Shown here: positions 46,916-52,870 of the stretch, piece by piece
How the letters are laid out: the number at the start of each line of letters is the position of its first letter
How positions within the stretch are numbered: position 1 is the first letter of the stretch
NCBI GenBank assembly: GCA_002385805.1
Contig: DGEF01000066.1
Span: forward strand, 1 to 52,870
Length of the DNA: 52,870 nt
Direction of reading: 5' to 3'
Source of the DNA: Peptococcaceae bacterium UBA3933
Lineage (GTDB): Bacteria; Bacillota; Peptococcia; Peptococcales; BICA1-8
The notes under the pieces: generated by a model
Database searches by the model: none
What the model was told of the DNA's origin: nothing
Seen by the model: the letters and a program-made list of their open reading frames with translations, nothing else
Translations under genes and position numbers: made by a program

Positions 46916-48274
46916 ATGAAAGAAGGAAAAAATTTACAGAAAGAGGATATTAAACAATTAATAGCGATTAGGAATGATAACCAATTAAAAAAGTATTTAG
47001 AAGATACCCACCATGCTGATCTGGCTGAAATAATCAAGGAGCTGGACAATAACGAGGATAGACAGTATCTATTAGAACAGTTAGATAATGAGGTAGCGGC
47101 ATTAGTCTTAAATGAACTGAATCCTGAATTTGTGGCAGAATTACTTGAGCAAATATCGAAAGACAAGGTTTCCGAAATCTTTGTGGAAATGCCTTTCGAT
47201 GACGCAGCGGATTTCTTAGGTGAGCTTTCTGATAACGAAAAAGAGAAGTTTTTAAAACTATTTGAAGTACATGATGCTCAAGATGTACAGGAGTTAATGG
47301 ACTACGCTGCCGATACCGCCGGTGGTATAATGACTACCGAGTATGTAGCCATCCCGGAAAACATTACTGCCGGTAAAACTATTGAAGTTTTACGGGAAAT
47401 AGCCCCTGATGCAGAAACTGTTTATTATGTTTATGTGATAAATTTGCAAAACCAACTGGTAGGTGTTATTTCTCTCAGAGAATTGATTATCGCTAACCCC
47501 CAAGCCGTTATTTCAGAGATAATGCGCAGGAAGGTTATCAGTGTAAATGTAAAAGATGACCAGGAGGATGTAGCCAGATTAGTTTCTAAGTATGATTTTC
47601 TGGCAATTCCGGTAGTCGATGATAATCAGCATCTTATTGGAATCATTACTGTTGACGATATTATTGACGTAATCCATGAAGAGGCTACCGAAGATCTTTA
47701 TCGTTTAGCCGGTACCTACTCCGCCGAAGAAGATTTAAGTTCGGCCAGGTTTACAACGGCTTTGAAATCACGACTGCCCTGGTTACTAATTACTTTGTTT
47801 GGGGGAATAATTTCCGGACAGGTTTTAGATATTTTTTCTCATCAATTTAACACTGTTGTTGCTTTAACCTTTTTTATCCCGATGTTAATAGGAATGGGTG
47901 GAAATGTAGGAACCCAATCATCTACGGTAACCGTAAGAGGAATAGCTACTGGGCACATTAATGCAGGTACGGCAATAAAAACTATTTTAAAAGAAGCAAT
48001 GGTAGGCTTTTCTCTGGGAACCGTTATGGGTACTTTAGTGGCTTTAGTGGCTTTTGTATGGCAAGATAGTTTAATTTTAGGTGTTGTTGTAGGTTTAGCT
48101 ATGTTGGTGAATATGTTTACGGCAGCAACTTTAGGTACTTTAGTTCCTATATTTTTTAAAAAAATTGGAATTGACCCGGCGGTAGCTTCCGCACCGTTTA
48201 TAACTACCACTATAGATATAGTGGGGTTAGTGATTTATGCTATCTTAGCTGTACTTTTATTGGGGGTCGTATAG
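46916..48274 (+). CDS. mgtE: magnesium transporter MgtE
   Basis: 452 aa. N domain, CBS pair, 5-TM domain with 'PMLIGMGGNVGTQS'. Confidence 0.92.
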   Translation: MKEGKNLQKEDIKQLIAIRNDNQLKKYLEDTHHADLAEIIKELDNNEDRQYLLEQLDNEVAALVLNELNPEFVAELLEQISKDKVSEIFVEMPFDDAADFLGELSDNEKEKFLKLFEVHDAQDVQELMDYAADTAGGIMTTEYVAIPENITAGKTIEVLREIAPDAETVYYVYVINLQNQLVGVISLRELIIANPQAVISEIMRRKVISVNVKDDQEDVARLVSKYDFLAIPVVDDNQHLIGIITVDDIIDVIHEEATEDLYRLAGTYSAEEDLSSARFTTALKSRLPWLLITLFGGIISGQVLDIFSHQFNTVVALTFFIPMLIGMGGNVGTQSSTVTVRGIATGHINAGTAIKTILKEAMVGFSLGTVMGTLVALVAFVWQDSLILGVVVGLAMLVNMFTAATLGTLVPIFFKKIGIDPAVASAPFITTTIDIVGLVIYAILAVLLLGVV

Positions 48275-48283
48275 TGGGTTTTA

Positions 48284-48324
48284 GGGGGGATACCTTACCT
48301 TTCTAGGAAGGTGTCCCTTTTTTA
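48284..48324 (+). terminator. intrinsic terminator after mgtE
   Basis: GGGATACCTT / AAGGTGTCCC stem (one G-U pair), followed by TTTTTT. Confidence 0.8.
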
Positions 48325-48373
48325 TTCTTAATTTAATCATTTAAAAAATTTATCTACAAAATGTTAAAAGGAG

Positions 48374-48402
48374 TTGACTTATTCCGACTAATATAGTATG
48401 AT
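48374..48402 (+). promoter_or_regulatory. candidate sigma-A promoter of feoAB
   Basis: TTGACT (48374-48379), 17-nt spacer, TATGAT (48397-48402). Confidence 0.55.
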
Positions 48403-48414
48403 ATAAACAGTAAA

Positions 48415-48429
48415 TGAGAATGTTTCTCA
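48415..48429. promoter_or_regulatory. Fur-family-like 7-1-7 operator
   Basis: TGAGAAT-G-TTTCTCA inverted repeat, 13-27 nt downstream of the -10. Compare the B. subtilis Fur 7-1-7 box TGATAATnATTATCA. Confidence 0.5.
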
Positions 48430-48443
48430 ATGAGGAGGTCAAC

Positions 48444-48662
48444 ATGGTCCTGGCGCAAGTAAAGAAAGGTCAAAATTTAAAGATACTGTCTATTCCCAAT
48501 GATTTAATCAGGGCGCAAGCTATTCGTTTGGGAATAGGGGAAGGTTCTGTGGTTACATGTGCAGAGCAAATACCAGCCGGTCCCGTTGTATTAAGAAAAA
48601 ATAGGCAGGAAGTTGCTATAGGCCATGGTTTAGCGAAAGAAATTTTAGTAGAAATAGTGTAG
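48444..48662 (+). CDS. feoA: ferrous iron transport protein A
   Basis: 72-aa FeoA/SH3-like ORF ('LIRAQAIRLGIGEGSVVT'). ATG 48444 behind GAGGAGG. Confidence 0.85.
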   Translation: MVLAQVKKGQNLKILSIPNDLIRAQAIRLGIGEGSVVTCAEQIPAGPVVLRKNRQEVAIGHGLAKEILVEIV

Positions 48663-48721
48663 ATTTTTCATGGTTTAGAAAGTGATTCTTAATTTATTCG
48701 AACAGACAGGGGAAAAATAAT

Positions 48722-50698
48722 ATGGCTCATTGTCACGGTGGGGACTTAAAGATATCCTTGCCTGAACATGGACGTAAAATCGTCCTGACAGGCAATCCTA
48801 ATGTAGGTAAATCTGTTTTTTTTAATTATCTTACTGGAATATATGTGGATGTATCCAATTACCCAGGCACTACTTTAGATATTACTTACGGTAGCCTGGA
48901 TGAAGATATTGTCATCGATACTCCGGGAGTATATGGGATTTCATCTTTTAATGATGAAGAAAGAATAGCCCGGGATATTATACTTTCTGCTGACATTGTT
49001 TTAAATATTGTGGATGCTGTTCATTTAGAACGGGATTTGTTTTTAACCCAGCAAATTATCGACACCGGTGTGCCGGTGATTGTGGCTCTAAATATGGTGG
49101 ATGAGGCTCAAAAACAAGGGATAAAAGTTGACTCTCATTTATTGGGACAGTTATTAGGTGTACCTGTTGTTGAGACAATAGCCGTAAGCGGTGAAGGCTT
49201 AGCTGAGGTAAAAAGTAAAATCAAGCAAGCGAAAACAGGTAATGTTTGTCATCCGGAATTGCGAAAACTTTTAACCGAAATGCAAGCAAAGGTACCCAGT
49301 CAAGGGGAATCCCTTTTAATTCTTGAGGGCGATCCCATAATTGCCGAAAAACACGGATTGGAACCAGCAGGATATCGAGAAAAAATATATACCCTAAGGC
49401 GGGAAAAGGTAAATGATATTATAGAGCAAGTGGTTACTATAGTTAACTACGGAACGGATTTTAAAACCAAGTTGGGTCGCTGGATGATTACTCCCGCTAC
49501 CGGTATCCCGATTTTAATGGTAGCCCTCTATATCATGTATAAAGTGATCGGTGTTTTTGTAGCTCAAACTGTAGTAGGTTTTACGGAAGAAACTATAATG
49601 GTTGGTATATATGAGCCTTTTATTCGGGATTTAGTCAGTAGGTTCACGGACCTTAATTCCTGGTTAGGAACGATTTTAGCCGGAGAGTTTGGGGTCCTGA
49701 CCATGACCGTTACTTATGTATTAGGTTTATTAATGCCTTTAGTAGTAAGTTTTTATTTCTTTTTATCTACCTTTGAAGATTCAGGGTATTTACCTAGGTT
49801 AGCCGCTTTAACTGACCGGATGTTAGCTAATATAGGCTTAAATGGCCGGGCAATTATTCCTTTTATTTTGGGTTTTGGTTGTGTTACTCTGGCTACTGTT
49901 GTTACTAGGTTGTTAGGTACAGAACGGGAAAAAAGAATCGCTATTTTCTTATTAGCGTTGGCAATTCCTTGCTCCGCTCAATTAGGGGTAATTGCCGGAA
50001 TGTTAGCCGGAATAGGCGGAGTATATATAGCCTTATATGTAGTGGTCATCTTTTCTGTTATGGCTATTGTAGGAACCCTTTTAAATCGATTATTGCCCGG
50101 TAAATCTTCAGATTTATTAATTGATTTACCGCCTTTAAGAATACCCAGGATTGGCAATGTACTCAAAAAGACTATAACCAAATCCTATGCTTTTCTTAAA
50201 GAAGCAACACCTCTTTTTGCTTTAGGGGCTTTTTTAATAAGCATTATGGAATTAACCGGTTTTTTAGAGGCCATACAAAATCTTTTGGCACCTTTAACCG
50301 TAGGTTGGCTAAACTTGCCAAAAGAAGCTTCCACTGCTTTTGTTATGGGGATTATTCGCCGTGATTTCGGTGCTGCCGGTTTAACTGAATTGCAATTAGA
50401 CCCGCTGGCCACCATTGTCGCATTAATCACCATTACCTTATTTGTTCCCTGTATTGCTGCAATTTTGGTGCTGTTTAAAGAACGGAGTAAAAAAGAAGCA
50501 GCTTTAATTTGGTTAGGTTCTCTTTCCATTGCTTTTCTGGTTGGTGGAATAGTTAATAAATTAACCGGTTTATTTACTAATGATGTTTTAGCTTGTTTGT
50601 TTACTATTTTAGTGTTTTTGGGTTTACTGGGTTTAACTTCATTTTTATTCAGGATTCGCAACAAAACAAAGGTTAAAGTTGCTACCCAGGAGGGATAA
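48722..50698 (+). CDS. feoB: ferrous iron transporter FeoB
   Basis: N-terminal G domain 'GNPNVGKSVFFN', 'DTPG', 'NMVD', followed by a polytopic permease domain. 658 aa. Confidence 0.93.
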   Translation: MAHCHGGDLKISLPEHGRKIVLTGNPNVGKSVFFNYLTGIYVDVSNYPGTTLDITYGSLDEDIVIDTPGVYGISSFNDEERIARDIILSADIVLNIVDAVHLERDLFLTQQIIDTGVPVIVALNMVDEAQKQGIKVDSHLLGQLLGVPVVETIAVSGEGLAEVKSKIKQAKTGNVCHPELRKLLTEMQAKVPSQGESLLILEGDPIIAEKHGLEPAGYREKIYTLRREKVNDIIEQVVTIVNYGTDFKTKLGRWMITPATGIPILMVALYIMYKVIGVFVAQTVVGFTEETIMVGIYEPFIRDLVSRFTDLNSWLGTILAGEFGVLTMTVTYVLGLLMPLVVSFYFFLSTFEDSGYLPRLAALTDRMLANIGLNGRAIIPFILGFGCVTLATVVTRLLGTEREKRIAIFLLALAIPCSAQLGVIAGMLAGIGGVYIALYVVVIFSVMAIVGTLLNRLLPGKSSDLLIDLPPLRIPRIGNVLKKTITKSYAFLKEATPLFALGAFLISIMELTGFLEAIQNLLAPLTVGWLNLPKEASTAFVMGIIRRDFGAAGLTELQLDPLATIVALITITLFVPCIAAILVLFKERSKKEAALIWLGSLSIAFLVGGIVNKLTGLFTNDVLACLFTILVFLGLLGLTSFLFRIRNKTKVKVATQEG

Positions 50699-50701
50699 AT
50701 T

Positions 50702-50851
50702 ATGAAATGTCCTCAGTGTGGTTATGAGGTTAAAGCAAAGGATGCGGTCAGATGCCCTAGGTGTTATAAAATTTTACTTGTGCCAGGTTGTTCTGGTAAC
50801 TGTGGTCAATGTAATCAAGGTCAAGGAATGAAAAACATTTTCTGTAAATAA
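50702..50851 (+). CDS. Cys-rich mini-protein translationally coupled to feoB (49 aa, 8 Cys)
   Basis: ATG 3 nt after the feoB stop, SD GGAGGG inside the feoB 3' end. 'CPQCG..CPRC' zinc-ribbon-like pair plus 'CSGNCGQC'. A strong terminator follows. Below the ORF-track size cutoff. Confidence 0.6.
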   Translation: MKCPQCGYEVKAKDAVRCPRCYKILLVPGCSGNCGQCNQGQGMKNIFCK

Positions 50852-50858
50852 CAGGTTT

Positions 50859-50892
50859 AAAAAATGGTACCCTTCGGTACCATTTTTTTTAA
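50859..50892 (+). terminator. intrinsic terminator of the feo operon
   Basis: AAAAATGGTACC-CTTC-GGTACCATTTTTTTT. Confidence 0.9.
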
Positions 50893-51037
50893 CCGTTTTT
50901 TTCATTTACTATTTTTGTAAAAATCTTTTATAATGTACTTAGGTGGAAAAAGAAGGCGAGTATATGTAGCATTTTTGTAGATACACTAAATATTGCACTA
51001 AATTTAGCAAGTCCAATAAACAGAAAGGATGGTCAGC

Positions 51038-51178
51038 ATGTGTTATAAGGACTTTTTTTGGCAGTATTTTACTGCCACCGGACAAATTGGACCTTATCTA
51101 ATTTACAAGAGCCTTTTAAATGAAGAACAAGAAGAGGATGATTCTTCATATCCTTTCGCAGTAACTAATGAAGAGTAG
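51038..51178 (+). CDS. yqzL: YqzL-like small protein
   Basis: 46-aa ORF 'MCYKDFFWQYFTATGQIGPYLIYKSL..' with an acidic tail, behind AAAGGATGG. Abuts the recO start and sits in the era-yqzL-recO position seen in Bacillus. Confidence 0.6.
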   Translation: MCYKDFFWQYFTATGQIGPYLIYKSLLNEEQEEDDSSYPFAVTNEE

Positions 51179-51934
51179 GTGAATCTTTTGCCGGATATTA
51201 TAAAAACAGACACCCTGGTCTTAAGGGCACGAAATTACAGAGATGCTGATCAACTTTTAAGTCTTTATACACTGAAAAAAGGTAGGCTTACTGCTATCGT
51301 CAAGGGGGTAAGAAAGCCCAAAAGTAAATTAAGGGGAGGAGTGCAGGTTTTCAGTCATACTCATCTCTGCCTTTATCTGGGTCGCAGCCTGGCTACTGTT
51401 ACCCAAACAGAAACTATTAATACTTTTCCTGCTTTAAGAACAGATTTGCTTAGAATGAGTTATGCAGCTTATTTAGCGGAGTTTGTAGAAAGTATTACGC
51501 CAGAAGGAGAAGCAGACCCAGGACTTTTTTCTTTACTTTTAACAGGTTTTCACCTCCTTAGCTGGGAAGACCCTTGGTTAATTGCACGCTTACTTGAAGT
51601 GCGCTTACTAATGGAATCAGGTTATCAACCATTCCTAATTAATTGTGTGCAGTGTGGTAAAGAGATAAAAATTGGATCCCTATTTGTTCCCTCTTTGGGA
51701 GGAGTTATCTGTACCGACTGTGAGAAAATTAAACCTGCTCAAGATGTATACAAAATTAGCGGAGAAACATATGTTGTATTAAGGCAATTAATGCAAATGG
51801 ATTTGGAAATGGTTAGCCGATTGCGGATATCCTTACCTGCCAAAAAAGAGCTGGAAGAAGTACTGGATACTTATATTACTTATTTATTGGGTAAAAGGTT
51901 AAAAACAAAAGAATTTCTGAACAATTTAGCTTAA
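51179..51934 (+). CDS. recO: DNA repair protein RecO
   Basis: 251 aa. N-terminal OB-fold region, CxxC...CxxC zinc module 'CVQCGK..CTDCEK'. Confidence 0.9.
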   Translation: MNLLPDIIKTDTLVLRARNYRDADQLLSLYTLKKGRLTAIVKGVRKPKSKLRGGVQVFSHTHLCLYLGRSLATVTQTETINTFPALRTDLLRMSYAAYLAEFVESITPEGEADPGLFSLLLTGFHLLSWEDPWLIARLLEVRLLMESGYQPFLINCVQCGKEIKIGSLFVPSLGGVICTDCEKIKPAQDVYKISGETYVVLRQLMQMDLEMVSRLRISLPAKKELEEVLDTYITYLLGKRLKTKEFLNNLA

Positions 51935-52001
51935 GAAATTAAAATTTAATGAATAAAATAACCTTTTTTGGAAAAATTAGTTCCCAAAAGGGGGGGTTGC
52001 G

Positions 52002-52433
52002 ATGGATGAATTAACTAAGATAGATTTAATAAGGGAAAGAACAGGCATAGGTTATAAAGAGGCTAAAGAGGCATTAGACCGGGCCGGAGGCGACATAGTT
52101 CAGGCACTGATATATATTGAAGAGGAAAGAGTCAAATTAGATGAAGACATAAAACATAAAGGGCAAAAAATACTGGAACAGGTAAAAGAAATTATTAAAA
52201 AAGGTAATGTGACTAAGATTAAACTTAAAAAGGGTGAAAAAACCATTCTGGAGTTTCCAGTGAATATTGGTGCCCTGGGTGTAGCCGGGGTATTGATGAG
52301 CTCCACCTTGGCTGTTATTGCAGCATTGGGAACGGTAGCTGCCTTAGCTAATAAATATACTCTGGAAATTGAACGGCCGGGAGGAAAAGTGGAAACCAGA
52401 GAGATTGTTATTGTGGATGAAGATGAATATTAG
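52002..52433 (+). CDS. DUF4342 protein with N-terminal UBA/EF-Ts-N-like domain
   Basis: 'IRERTGIGYKEAKEALDRAGGDIVQAL' UBA-like head. 'GNVTKIKLKKGEKTILEFPVNIGALG..' DUF4342-like body. Confidence 0.7.
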   Translation: MDELTKIDLIRERTGIGYKEAKEALDRAGGDIVQALIYIEEERVKLDEDIKHKGQKILEQVKEIIKKGNVTKIKLKKGEKTILEFPVNIGALGVAGVLMSSTLAVIAALGTVAALANKYTLEIERPGGKVETREIVIVDEDEY

Positions 52434-52471
52434 AGTTATCGAGTCTAATATTTTTGGAACATTCAAGATGT

Positions 52472-52524
52472 CAGTGGGCCAGTGGGCGTGAAATTTTTTT
52501 AAGGTTGTAAAGGTTGAGGTTAAG
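52472..52524 (-). repeat. modular intergenic repeat, inverted copy: (CAGTGGGC)x2 then AAGGTT-type units x3
   Basis: CAGTGGGC CAGTGGGC (52472-52487). AAGGTT gta AAGGTT GAGGTT (52501-52521). The reverse complement gives AACCTY units followed by GCCCACTG units, the same order as copies A and B. Confidence 0.65.
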
Positions 52525-52588
52525 AATTAGTAAAGTTGACGGGTATTAATAAATGAGCATTCTATTGGTTATGAGATTCGAATTAAGC

Positions 52589-52617
52589 TTGACATTGGCG
52601 GATAGTTTTGCTAATTT
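52589..52617 (+). promoter_or_regulatory. candidate sigma-A promoter of the T-box leader
   Basis: TTGACA (52589-52594), 17-nt spacer, TAATTT (52612-52617). Confidence 0.45.
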
Positions 52618-52640
52618 TAAGATATTGAAATTTAATATTT

Positions 52641-52847
52641 AGCTGTGAGGGAGAGGAGTAGCTGTTCTTTAGCTTCTCAAGCGAGCCGGGGATGGTGGAA
52701 GCCTGGTGAAGAAAAACAGTGAAGGGCGCTCCTGAGCTTTCGTGCTAAAATAAAGTGGGCATACCTTTAGGTATGTCAAACAGGGTGGAACCGCGGGAAA
52801 TACCTCCCGTCCCTGTCCTTTTCGGGCAGAGACGCGGAGGTTTTTTT
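52641..52847 (+). promoter_or_regulatory. T-box leader (glycine, GGC specifier), presumably for a downstream glyQS/glyS gene
   Basis: Stem I GA/K-turn 'AGAGGAGTA'. Specifier region 'GAAGGGCGCTCCTGAG' (GGC at 52725-52727 plus a purine). T-box sequence 'AACAGGGTGGAACCGCGGGA' (52779-52798). Terminator CCTCCCGTC...GACGCGGAGG+T7 (52803-52847). recO is followed by glyQS in Bacillus. Confidence 0.85.
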
Positions 52848-52870
52848 AATCTTTGGGGTTAAGTTTTGGG

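Noticed and set aside
1-52870. Mobile elements, defence islands, toxin-antitoxin pairs or CRISPR-Cas anywhere in the window
   Set aside because: No transposase, integrase or recombinase, restriction/modification, Cas, or small paired toxin-antitoxin ORFs were recognised. The gene content is conserved core synteny.

Overview
AT-rich chromosomal segment from a Firmicute, probably a clostridial-type endospore former. Gene identities come from motif and synteny recognition only. No alignments or searches were run.

All supported genes lie on the + strand except rpsT. The gene order closely follows the Bacillus subtilis comE-holA-rpsT-spoIIP-lepA-hemN-hrcA-grpE-dnaK-dnaJ-prmA-rsmE-mtaB-rpsU-yqeZ-yqfA-yqfC-yqfD-phoH-yqfF-ybeY-dgkA-cdd-era-yqzL-recO-(glyQS) core region. 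A lactate-utilisation cluster (lctP, glcD, Fe-S partner, lutC, lutB-lutA fusion), an orphan TRAP binding protein and ilvD precede it.

Genes present here but not in the B. subtilis order:
- murJ
- a thermosome-like chaperonin between hrcA and grpE
- a DUF421 gene
- a CNNM/CorC gene
- mgtE and feoAB between era and yqzL-recO

I see no transposases, integrases, CRISPR arrays, rRNA/tRNA genes or defence-type gene clusters. This is core genome, not an accessory island.

Two things stand out:
1. An archaeal-type chaperonin sits inside the CIRCE/HrcA-controlled dnaK operon. This is rare in bacteria and, as I recall, already described for a few lineages.
2. Several intergenic spacers share a modular family of short-period repeats that I cannot assign to any known element:
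   - 31-bp-phased GTYAGA boxes
   - AACCTY hexad arrays
   - a 17-nt palindromic hairpin
   - YAGYCAC heptad arrays
   These are often placed directly 5' of G-rich Shine-Dalgarno (SD) sequences.

Recognisable regulatory RNA/DNA elements:
- a CIRCE operator
- a glycine (GGC) T-box leader at the 3' end
- a Fur-like box at feoAB
- a structured mgtE leader that does not look like an M-box
- two terminator hairpins whose 3' arm is the SD of a sporulation gene
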